Source: a virus | Lineage: Duplodnaviria; Caudoviricetes | IMG/VR virus record: IMGVR_UViG_3300049139_000046 | Span: 1-62,573 of that record | DNA: 62,573 nucleotides | Strand: one strand, 5' to 3' | In this document: piece after piece, positions 49,533 through 58,444 of the stretch | Position numbering within the stretch: the first letter of the stretch is position 1 | Layout: every line of letters starts with the position of its first letter | Program-made: the position numbers and the translations under genes | The notes under the pieces: model-generated | The model's database searches: none | What the model was told of the DNA's origin: nothing | What the model saw: the letters and a program-made list of their open reading frames with translations, nothing else

Positions 49533-50524
49533 CAGGCTGGCAAAGTCACGGAGCCACTACCGACAAGCACCAGCAGGGTGATGGCGCTGTCGCTGACCGT
49601 CGGGCTAAGTCCGCCCGTGTTATTGGCCGTCGCGCTGGGCGTATAGGTGCCGTTCGCTACATCGGTAAAAGTGTGCGTGAAGGTGAAGTTCGGCGAGGCC
49701 CCGCCGATGGTCGCTGCTGTCGGGCCGTAGCCCGTAGTCAGGCTGACGCTTGCGGTCGGCGTCGGCGTGGATGTGATCGTGCCCGAGACGGTGACGCTGT
49801 TGGCGCTTACAACGGTGTCGATTGTTTCAACGACAGGCGCGGTATCGGGGACATTATCCGTAACGGCTGGATGATCACCGGAGTGATAGGTTGGTATCCC
49901 AGTCGGAGTCAGATCACCGGTCCCCACGCCCCCAGTGTTTGCATCGCTCAGGAGCGGCCTGTACCAGAGCGGCGTTCCCGAAGCAATCGTGTCGGCGGTG
50001 TAGGTGAGAAGGTCCGCCATGATGGCGTCGGCCTCTGCTTCGTTCGCTGGAGCCCAGACCGACTTCTCTGCTATATAGCCGCGAAAGCGGGAAGCAGCGT
50101 TGTCGATGGCCGCCGACAGACGCAGTCGATCCAGTTCCCGTCCAGCGTCCGTGGAACCGGCCATCGTCGTGACACGGGTCGTCGTCCCACCGACGTACTG
50201 CTTGTGGACAATGCCGCCCGCTGGATTGTTCGGGCCGGTAAGGACGCCGACAAGAATCCAGGTCCCCGTCGCAAAGGCAACGGATGTGATGGTCGACGCC
50301 GCTCCACCTTGCGCGGACCGGGCAGAGAATGTCGGGGTCGCATTAAGCCGTGCGGCGCTGTACACCAGACCCGTGCTATCCGCGAGGTGGAATATGTTGC
50401 TGGTCGAGCCTTGCGCTTCTGATGTCTTCGCCCAGCACGCCGAGAGCCTCCACTCGGACTCCAGCGGCCCGGTGCCTAGTGTGGCATCGAGATACTCGTT
50501 ACCTGCATTGAGTAGAACGCTCAT
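49532..50524 (-). CDS. LamG/concanavalin-like plus Ig-like virion protein
   Basis: SACWAK...GTWILVG...FRGYIAE..VW pattern. Confidence 0.6.
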   Translation of the reverse strand: MSVLLNAGNEYLDATLGTGPLESEWRLSACWAKTSEAQGSTSNIFHLADSTGLVYSAARLNATPTFSARSAQGGAASTITSVAFATGTWILVGVLTGPNNPAGGIVHKQYVGGTTTRVTTMAGSTDAGRELDRLRLSAAIDNAASRFRGYIAEKSVWAPANEAEADAIMADLLTYTADTIASGTPLWYRPLLSDANTGGVGTGDLTPTGIPTYHSGDHPAVTDNVPDTAPVVETIDTVVSANSVTVSGTITSTPTPTASVSLTTGYGPTAATIGGASPNFTFTHTFTDVANGTYTPSATANNTGGLSPTVSDSAITLLVLVGSGSVTLPA

Positions 50525-50527
50525 CGC

Positions 50528-53401
50528 TTATGCCGCCAGTGTTGCGGTGACAACTGCGCCGCTGTTAGCAGGAGACCCGGACCCTGCGGTGATCGTGATG
50601 ACCGAACCAGCCCTCGATGGCGTGAAGCTCGTTGCCTGGCTGAAGCCCACCGCGTAGAGCTTCACCTCACCCGTGACCGCCGCATTCATCGTGAAGGAGG
50701 TCGTGGTGGTGATGGGCGTCTCGGGATCGGTGTTGAAGACGCAGATCCGCCAGGTGCCCGCGTGCTGGATGGCCCAGCCCTTGAGCGTGCCCGTGACGCC
50801 TGTCAGGATATGCGTCGTTGGCACAGCGACTGCCGTGGTATCGCCCCAGGTCTGAGCAGACGCGAACTCCACATCCGTTTCGCCGTTCACGAACTCCTGG
50901 ATGTGCCCTCCGCGATGGGCGGTAAAGAAATTACCGGCGGAAAGATCAGCCCATGCAGAGCCCGATACCTCATTGATGATGGTCGTGGAGTCCGGCGCAA
51001 TCAGCGGCTTGTAGTAGTGATCCTTGCCGAGCGCGGTTGCCTTGTAGGCCCCGCCGTCCAGCACCGGCAAGCCCATGAACCGAGTCAGGCGCATGACTTG
51101 GCGGGTGTAGCTGGCTACTGCCGTGCCGTAGCGGGTGTTGATGTCCTGAACCTGGGATGGGTCAGTGATGACGTGGTCGTAGGCCACCGTCAGGCCATCC
51201 CAGAAGTTCAGAATCGAGCGCGTGCATTGCAGGGCGTAATCCGCCGTCCTGTTGTATCCCGTCTGGTTCTGAACGTCTTTGGATTCCCAGGTAACAGAGG
51301 CATATACCGAATCCGCAAAGCTCCCCAGGTTCGTGGGATCTCCCTTGCATCGGGAGTCCACTACCCCAGGATAAAGCCCACCTGCCGTGTAGAAATTCTC
51401 GATGTACAGCATGTTCTGCGGAGCGGAAGCAGCAGAGGTGTTTTGCCCCGAGTACATCGAAATCGGCGTCGAGTCGTGGTAAATCTCATACGACATCGAG
51501 GCGTACAGAACGTGATGCACGTCTGTCACTCGGAAATTGCAACTGACGAACTGGTTGGCCGTCTCAGTCCAGTTGCTGCGTGCGTGAAAGACGCCCTTGC
51601 CGCCGGAATAGAAGTAATACGGCAGTGTCAGCGTGGCCGGTGCGGCGGCGGTTTCCGAGGCCGCATCCTCAACGATCAATCGGATCCAGGGGTAGTTGTA
51701 CTGACGGCCGACAACTTGCGGCTTGAGTTCGTCATGGATATACAGAAGTGCCCGACGCTGATCCGTGCCCTGGGAGCCGATCATCCCGTTTTCAGTGAGC
51801 TTCCCGGACCGGAAGCTGTTGGACGGCATCGTGTAATACCCTGCATGCGTTGGCGACTGATCCAGAACGTCGTTGAACATCCAGTAACCGGACAAATCGG
51901 CACGCATGGAGAACAGCACGAACAGAGCGAAGTCCTGCGACCACGTGGAGTCCATGACGACACCGCCGCGATCTGCGTGGATCATCCGCCACCATTGATA
52001 GAAGCGCGGGGTGTTCGCGTTGTAGCTGGTGCTTTCGTTCCAGAAGCCACCGGCCATCGTCGCGTCGGGGACGATGTAATCGCCCTCCACTACCGGCTTT
52101 AGGGCGTCGTGCGCGGTCACACAAGCCGCGTATGTGCTCCCTGTGGTCACATCCTGGTAGACCAGCATGCTCAGGAGCACCATCGCCGTTTCGTCGGAGT
52201 CCACCGGGAACGCGGATGCGTGGGTGCCGCTGTTGTAATAGTCGGACCAGTACGCTGCATAGACCGTCAGGCGGTCTTCGATGGTCGTCTTCTGGGCATC
52301 CGAGAACAGTTCTGGGTAGTGGTACTTCACCCACGAATACGCCATGCAAATATCTGCACCGTACTGCCGGAAGTCGTTGCGACCGGTGTAGAGAAAAGTG
52401 GTAAGCAATGACAGGTACTGCGTCTTGAAAAAGTCTTGCCATACTTGAGGCGTGCTCGCGCCATCGATTGCCAAGCGTAGCGCCAGCCCGGGGACAACAG
52501 CGGCTATATCTGAAACCGAAGCCGCTCCCGTTGTGATCGGTTCAAGCTGGGAAACAAGGTAGTTGTAGGTTGTGGGGTCGGCAACGATGGATGCTTGGAT
52601 CGTTGCCATCCTCGCGTCAGTAAGAAGCGGTGGTCCGCCTGATGCAACTGGAGGAGGCGCGACCACTACTCCGGTGGCGTTGACAGTGAAAACCCCCAAG
52701 GCAAGGGCAGTGACTGAGGACGAAACATTTCCACCCGCCCAAGTAATGACCCCCGCCTTAAAGGTCGCCGTGGCCGAACCGTTCTTTAGGACCGTGATGG
52801 CAGGCGAACCATCAGCCACATAGGCGAAGTTTGTCGGGGCACTGAAGGTAATCTTCGTCGGAGTTGTCGCGTCGTCCCGGGTTGCCACCACGTCTGCGGT
52901 TGCTAGCAAGGTATTCGACGCGTTCCGCAGTTCAAGTTCCGGGGCACTAGAGAGCGCCGTGAAGATCGCATTCAGCTTGCCGGCTTGCGTCCCCTGCGCG
53001 TCGATGGCAGTCTGGGTCGTGGCATCGAACGCAATGTCATCGACCTGCGGTGGCGGTGCAAAGTCATCAGGGACAACCGCCGTGGGCAGAGAAGTTTTTG
53101 ATCTTGTGCCGTTGTCGTCTGTGGCGCGAACGGTGCCCGTCAGGACAGCACCAATGTCCGCTTCTCCGACCTCGTAGGAACCAGCGGCAGCCCCAGCAAT
53201 CCCAATGCCATTCCGATACCACTGCTTCGCATACGTGATGACTCCGGTGCCAGTCCACGTCCCGTCAGTAAGCGTGAGCGTTTGTCCGACCTCCGCGGTG
53301 CCGCTGACGACTGGTGCTACGGTGTTGATCGGTCCAGGGACAGACCCGCGCGAGAACCCGTGGATGGACGCGTATTTCAGGAAGTCGCCGTAAGCAATCA
53401 C
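50528..53401 (-). CDS. Virion appendage: Ig-like, helical toroid-like and heparinase II/III-like regions
   Basis: PINTVAPVVSG repeat; GGFWNESTSY; GVFHARSNW...HH; GTG overlaps the upstream stop. Confidence 0.55.
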   Translation of the reverse strand: MIAYGDFLKYASIHGFSRGSVPGPINTVAPVVSGTAEVGQTLTLTDGTWTGTGVITYAKQWYRNGIGIAGAAAGSYEVGEADIGAVLTGTVRATDDNGTRSKTSLPTAVVPDDFAPPPQVDDIAFDATTQTAIDAQGTQAGKLNAIFTALSSAPELELRNASNTLLATADVVATRDDATTPTKITFSAPTNFAYVADGSPAITVLKNGSATATFKAGVITWAGGNVSSSVTALALGVFTVNATGVVVAPPPVASGGPPLLTDARMATIQASIVADPTTYNYLVSQLEPITTGAASVSDIAAVVPGLALRLAIDGASTPQVWQDFFKTQYLSLLTTFLYTGRNDFRQYGADICMAYSWVKYHYPELFSDAQKTTIEDRLTVYAAYWSDYYNSGTHASAFPVDSDETAMVLLSMLVYQDVTTGSTYAACVTAHDALKPVVEGDYIVPDATMAGGFWNESTSYNANTPRFYQWWRMIHADRGGVVMDSTWSQDFALFVLFSMRADLSGYWMFNDVLDQSPTHAGYYTMPSNSFRSGKLTENGMIGSQGTDQRRALLYIHDELKPQVVGRQYNYPWIRLIVEDAASETAAAPATLTLPYYFYSGGKGVFHARSNWTETANQFVSCNFRVTDVHHVLYASMSYEIYHDSTPISMYSGQNTSAASAPQNMLYIENFYTAGGLYPGVVDSRCKGDPTNLGSFADSVYASVTWESKDVQNQTGYNRTADYALQCTRSILNFWDGLTVAYDHVITDPSQVQDINTRYGTAVASYTRQVMRLTRFMGLPVLDGGAYKATALGKDHYYKPLIAPDSTTIINEVSGSAWADLSAGNFFTAHRGGHIQEFVNGETDVEFASAQTWGDTTAVAVPTTHILTGVTGTLKGWAIQHAGTWRICVFNTDPETPITTTTSFTMNAAVTGEVKLYAVGFSQATSFTPSRAGSVITITAGSGSPANSGAVVTATLAA

Positions 53402-53676
53402 GGCTTGACCGCCTTGTCCCACTCGCTCCAAGTGGCGCCGTCAGCATCCTCAACCCACGTCTGCGTCCAGCGGTAGGTGGCGTCCTCGTAGTAGATGCTG
53501 GTGAGGTAGCCATCCACTCTGGTGGACCCGCCGGACATAGTGCTGAAATTTGGAAGCGGGTTCCCGTCAGAATCGGTTCCTCCCCCGCTACCCGATGTGA
53601 CGAGGGAGCCATCGTCATTGACTAGGACTTTGACTTTCCGTCCGGCAGCGGTCTCGCCGATGATGAGCGTAGGCAT
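53398..53676 (-). CDS. Small virion-operon protein
   Basis: 92 aa, AGGAGG RBS, first gene after the late promoter. Confidence 0.7.
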   Translation of the reverse strand: MPTLIIGETAAGRKVKVLVNDDGSLVTSGSGGGTDSDGNPLPNFSTMSGGSTRVDGYLTSIYYEDATYRWTQTWVEDADGATWSEWDKAVKP

Positions 53677-53707
53677 CTTTCCTCCTGAGATACTGGCCTC
53701 AGAAGGC

Positions 53708-53739
53708 AGGATGACCGGCGGGTGGTAGGTTTTTTACAC
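53708..53739 (-). promoter_or_regulatory. Late-promoter motif for the appendage/lysis operon
   Basis: GTGTAAAAAACCTACC-N11-ATCCT. Confidence 0.8.
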
Positions 53740-53839
53740 CCGAGACGCGCAGATGATCTGGCGGTAAACTGAGCGCAGCCCAGACGTGCGGGAAACACGC
53801 TGGGCTGCTAACCACCTACCTCACCTGGAGTGACGGCAA

Positions 53840-54631
53840 ATGGCTGATCAGAAGTCTACACGGCGCGGCGAGTGCAACATCACTCACGGGCACGCGAAGG
53901 TAAACCGTACCTCACCGACCTACAGATCCTGGCGAAAGATGCTCGAGCGTTGCCGAGATCCACGCAATATCGGATGGAAGGACTATGGAGGCCGAGGCAT
54001 AACCGTCTGCGACCGTTGGCTAACCTTTGAGAACTTCTTGGCCGACATGGGCGAACGTCCGCTTGGACGTTCCATCGACCGGCTCGATCACGACGGCCAC
54101 TATGAACCCGATAATTGCCGGTGGGCGACGGCTGAGGAGCAAGCTAACAATAAGCGCAATAGCGCATTTATGGAGTTGAACGGCGTCACCAAAACCATAA
54201 CGGAATGGTCCCGGGAACATGGGATATCGGAGAACGCTGTTCGGAGGAGACTGTCTCTCGGATGGTCGCTAGATCGGGCGCTCACCCAGCCATCACGTGG
54301 TCTAAGGCAAGACCTCATCGAATTTCGTGGCAAAAAGATGCTCAAAAGACACTTCGCCAAACTGATTGGGATGGAACCGCACAATGTCTACATTCGGTTC
54401 GCTGCTGGAGAAACATCTGAGCACATCGCCGCCAACCCGACCCGTGAACGAGTGTTCATTACCATCGGTGAAGAAACCTTGATCACTGCCGAATGGTCAC
54501 GCCGTTCTGGCGTTGAGCGTAGAACGATTGCCTACCGTATCAAAAAAGGTTGGCCGCCAGAGAAGGCGGTGTTCTACAAGGAACCTAAAGCTTCTTCCAC
54601 CAGACCCAGCCAAACGCCCCCAGCGGGATAA
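53840..54631 (+). CDS. HNH-type homing endonuclease, opposite strand to the late operons
   Basis: TYRSWRKMLERC...YGGRGITVCDRW...SIDRLDHDGHYEPDNCRWAT; repeated C-terminal HTH-like modules. Confidence 0.9.
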   Translation: MADQKSTRRGECNITHGHAKVNRTSPTYRSWRKMLERCRDPRNIGWKDYGGRGITVCDRWLTFENFLADMGERPLGRSIDRLDHDGHYEPDNCRWATAEEQANNKRNSAFMELNGVTKTITEWSREHGISENAVRRRLSLGWSLDRALTQPSRGLRQDLIEFRGKKMLKRHFAKLIGMEPHNVYIRFAAGETSEHIAANPTRERVFITIGEETLITAEWSRRSGVERRTIAYRIKKGWPPEKAVFYKEPKASSTRPSQTPPAG

Positions 54632-54721
54632 GCAGCACCCACCAAGACGTCCAGGCAGTCTCCATCATGGTCATGGCGACCATAGCTGCACCCAGCCCCA
54701 GTATGGCTAGCAGGGCCCAGG

Positions 54722-57700
54722 TCAAAGCGAAGTACGCATCTCTTTCGGGGTGCGCTTGAGCTGTCGCTGAGAGGCATCCATCTGGGCGTTCTTGACTCGG
54801 GTTGCGATCTGCCGGCTGGTGATGACCATCGGTGATCCTGGGTTTCTCAGGTTCCAATCCCGAACTTCCTGCTGCGCTGCCGCAACAGCCTCGGGATCTT
54901 TGTCGATTATGCCCTTTGCCCAGTCTTCTGCAATCCTTGATTCCGTTTCCTTGGCGAAGGCGATCCGGTTCTCCCGGGTACGACGGATCTCAGATTCCTG
55001 GGCGACGACCGCCGGCTGGAACCCGACCGCCTTCCAGAGAGCGTCGCTGGGGCTGGTCTCAACCTGCTTCCGGCCCCGAGTGTCAGGGTAGTACCCTTTC
55101 TCGGTCATCGTCAGGGCCTTGTCTACGTCCTTAAATGCCTTGGGCGCAACCTGCATCAGGCCCTTGATCGGATCGCCTGAGAGCGCCATCCCCATGCCTT
55201 TGAACAGATCCTGAGCGGCCGATCCCGAAACACCCAGGATCTCGGCCACATCCCGACTCTTGTCTCCGCGGCCCTTCAGCAGAATCGCTGATCCGGGGAT
55301 CAGGTTCGACATTCCCAGCCGCCGGGAAACGTCGATCGGCAGTCCGGTCCCGGAAATACCCTTGAGCACGAACTCAGAGGCGTCCTTGCCGAGCAGACCT
55401 TCCAGCGCCTGCTGCCGGTATTCCTTGGACTGCTTGTTGATTCCCAGCGACTGCAGGATGGTGTCGATGACGTCGTCCAGATCCTCACCGAATGGCAGTC
55501 CCTCTGCGCCGGCCATGAGCATCAGCATGCCCAGCGCGAGCAGACGTTCTTTCTTGGGCAGCCGGATCAGAAACTCGCCGTAGGCAATGCTGTACTGCTT
55601 GAACGTCAAGATCGTAGCGCCCAGCGGGTTCCGCGCCCAGTTCGGCCGGTTGCCCTTGTTGTAGATGCCTTGCGTGGCTTCCACGGCCTGTATGGCGAAG
55701 TCGTAAGGATTGGCGATCTTCTTCTCGACCGCGCCCTTGTAGGCGGCAACGAAGGTCGTTTTGCGATTGAACTCCTCAGCCAGACTAAACAGCCGGCCCC
55801 ATCCGAACAGGATTCGCCTAGCCGTATGGCTCCCACCGAAGCCCGGATTAGCTTCCCCGATCAGGTGGTGAATCTCCTGCGGGGAGATGTGGCCGTCCTT
55901 CTGTGCCTTCTTGACCGCCCCTGCGAGTGCCGGCTCCATCGGTGACCGGGCGGCAACAGACTTCACCGCCGCCAGCAGATGCTTGGCCGAACCCGCTGTC
56001 CCGAGGTGTTGGGACAGGTACGGAAATGTCATCATGAACGGCTGCGTCATGTTGACCATCGCCGAAGCAATCGAGCCACCGAGATACTGAACGAACATCA
56101 GCCCGCGGATCTTGGCTGACGGGTCGAACGGATTGTTGACTGCCTTGACCAGATTCGCCGCTTCATCAGCCACGTCACCCGGAGCGTTGTCCTTGGCGTT
56201 CTGGACTGCCTCCAGCATCGCCTTGTTCTCCAAGGCAGTTGCCGTGGCTCGAGCGTTGGACGTAATGAATGATGCCAGTACCCGGGTCAGATCCTCTGAG
56301 AAGCCTGCGGTGCCCTTGCGCCGGATCAGCCGCTTGGATGCCGACCGCTGGTTACGGGCCAGCTTCAGGAACGCCTGTGTCGCGGCGTTCTTGGGGATGT
56401 CGGCAGCGTCGGCAAAGACTTCCAAGGTGTCAGGGCTGATACCGGCAAACAGCTCGTAGACCTCTTGCGGGAGAACACCTTGTCGAACCGTCAGGCCGGG
56501 CGCGGCCAGTTCTCTGGCAGCCTTGGTGGCATCACGTTCTCGGTCGAACAGTTGGAAGGAAACCTGCTCGCCGGTGTCATCGGTGACGTACACCGAGTAC
56601 CGTCCGAACCGCATCAGCGGAGCATAACCGCCGGCCTTCAGTTCTTCGATCCGCTGGGCCTTCTCAGTGACCGCATCCATCTCCTCCTTCTTCAGCCCGG
56701 CGCCGGCCAGGATCACCCGGGCATCAGCCACGGTAGGAGCGGCCATGACCTGATCCTTCAGGACACCGCCTGCTTCCTTCAGCATCTCAGCCTTGCCCAA
56801 GTCATCCAAGCTCTTGTCGATTGCCGCTCGAGACTGACGGTAGAGCCGGATCTGTGGCGGCGTCATCTGGTACTTGTCCACTAGTTCCGCATCTGTCCAG
56901 ATCTTGCCCTTGGCAGGGTCAGGATCGGCCAGCGTACCGTCGAACAAGGCGGTGGCTACCTTGGCCTGATCAGCGTCTGAGGCCCGCGGCTTGGCGATGT
57001 CCCGCAGCGTTTCGATCTTGGGGAAGATCGTCGGCACCAGATCGGCGGCTTCGTTGGCGTAGGTGTTCACCGCACCGATATGCCGCTGCACGGCATCGAA
57101 GGTCTTCTTGAAGGCAGGATTGACGGTGGCCTTGTGGAACTGGGTTCCAAGGGTTCGGTGGAACCAGTTGAACCCACGCTGAGAGGCGAACAGGTCGCCG
57201 ATCTCCTGTGAGATCCTGGTAGGCGTTAAAAGCTCCAGCGCCGCCCTGCGATCCGTTGACTTGGTGATGTCTGGGTCGTCTGCGCTGAAGGCGCCGCTGT
57301 TGCCGGTTGCACTCTTAACCTGTTCAGGACGGAAAGCGATGATCTCCTGCATTTCACCGAGCATGCCCTTGATGAAAATTCCATCATGGCCGTCAGCCTT
57401 CGCTTTGGCTGCGATCTCCTGTGGTGTCAGGTTCGATCCCGTAGGTTTAGTGCCGTCGAATATGAACGGATTTTCCACGCTCAAGTACGCCGGAACGACG
57501 TTCTCGCCTCCTTTGACAACGGGGGCGTACTTGCTGCCCTTCGGGGCGTTATCGTCCCATTCTCGAGTCATCGCGTATTCAGACGAATATCCCGGGAATG
57601 CAGAAAAGTAGAACCCGGGGCCGAATAGCAGGTTGTTGGCGGTTCCACCCTTTGCCCCATCGAACGCGCTAATGTCAGTCTTGGTCCCGTGATACACGAC

Positions 57701-58444
57701 CAATGGCTGGCCCTGGTCATCGACGACTTTGGACTCACCAAACCACCGCTTAAACTCAGGCGTTTCCGTCTGCGCTCGAGCGGCGGACTTTACCGCCCCT
57801 TCTTGCCCTTGCCTTTCTTGCAGCCCATCGGGTGCTCCTTGTTTCGCTTTGACCTGATCGACAGCAGCCTTCAGATCCACCGGCTGGTTCTGACGCTTCG
57901 CGTACTCCTTCAGCGTGTTCCGGATATCAGCTCTTGCCTTAGTCAAGTCCTTGACCATCTTGTCGGTCGCAAACTTCTGGAAGTTCGTTCTCGCCAGAAG
58001 GCTGTCGATGAAGTCGATCAGGAACTTCCCGACCCGCTGGATCAGACCCGGATTATCTTGTCCCTTGGCTGAGGCGAAAACCGTCTGCCAGGTCTTGTAC
58101 TCACCCGCTCGATTCCCGATCAGGTCGGCGATGAATTCCTCGGTGAGTTTGTCCAGTTGCTTCGCGTCTCTCAGGCGAGCATATGTCTGCTGTTCTGTAT
58201 CGCCGGGGTTGTAGTAGCGGCTGAACTTAGCGAGATTGCCTCCCGTCAAGCTTGCAGCCAGACGCTTCTGCAGTCCCTCATACAGGTCTGGCGCGTCCCG
58301 TCGCATCAAGTGCGCGACTTCATGACCGGCAACCACCAGATGGTGCGCGTCAGTGGCCTCGGTGTTGACGTAGATGGTCGTGTCGTCGTCAGGCAGGACA
58401 GCGCCGTTGAAGTGCTGCCCGCCGGTCTGCCTGAAGAACACCAC
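54722..58444 (-). CDS. Large polyvalent protein, C-terminal part (ART-like and PLxRFG domains); frame open from about 58537
   Basis: HEVAH; TPEFKRWFG.SKVVD..G.PLVVYHGT...GFYFS...E.IAF...QVKSATGN; YAPLMRFG. Confidence 0.85.
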   Translation of the reverse strand: MVFFRQTGGQHFNGAVLPDDDTTIYVNTEATDAHHLVVAGHEVAHLMRRDAPDLYEGLQKRLAASLTGGNLAKFSRYYNPGDTEQQTYARLRDAKQLDKLTEEFIADLIGNRAGEYKTWQTVFASAKGQDNPGLIQRVGKFLIDFIDSLLARTNFQKFATDKMVKDLTKARADIRNTLKEYAKRQNQPVDLKAAVDQVKAKQGAPDGLQERQGQEGAVKSAARAQTETPEFKRWFGESKVVDDQGQPLVVYHGTKTDISAFDGAKGGTANNLLFGPGFYFSAFPGYSSEYAMTREWDDNAPKGSKYAPVVKGGENVVPAYLSVENPFIFDGTKPTGSNLTPQEIAAKAKADGHDGIFIKGMLGEMQEIIAFRPEQVKSATGNSGAFSADDPDITKSTDRRAALELLTPTRISQEIGDLFASQRGFNWFHRTLGTQFHKATVNPAFKKTFDAVQRHIGAVNTYANEAADLVPTIFPKIETLRDIAKPRASDADQAKVATALFDGTLADPDPAKGKIWTDAELVDKYQMTPPQIRLYRQSRAAIDKSLDDLGKAEMLKEAGGVLKDQVMAAPTVADARVILAGAGLKKEEMDAVTEKAQRIEELKAGGYAPLMRFGRYSVYVTDDTGEQVSFQLFDRERDATKAARELAAPGLTVRQGVLPQEVYELFAGISPDTLEVFADAADIPKNAATQAFLKLARNQRSASKRLIRRKGTAGFSEDLTRVLASFITSNARATATALENKAMLEAVQNAKDNAPGDVADEAANLVKAVNNPFDPSAKIRGLMFVQYLGGSIASAMVNMTQPFMMTFPYLSQHLGTAGSAKHLLAAVKSVAARSPMEPALAGAVKKAQKDGHISPQEIHHLIGEANPGFGGSHTARRILFGWGRLFSLAEEFNRKTTFVAAYKGAVEKKIANPYDFAIQAVEATQGIYNKGNRPNWARNPLGATILTFKQYSIAYGEFLIRLPKKERLLALGMLMLMAGAEGLPFGEDLDDVIDTILQSLGINKQSKEYRQQALEGLLGKDASEFVLKGISGTGLPIDVSRRLGMSNLIPGSAILLKGRGDKSRDVAEILGVSGSAAQDLFKGMGMALSGDPIKGLMQVAPKAFKDVDKALTMTEKGYYPDTRGRKQVETSPSDALWKAVGFQPAVVAQESEIRRTRENRIAFAKETESRIAEDWAKGIIDKDPEAVAAAQQEVRDWNLRNPGSPMVITSRQIATRVKNAQMDASQRQLKRTPKEMRTSL

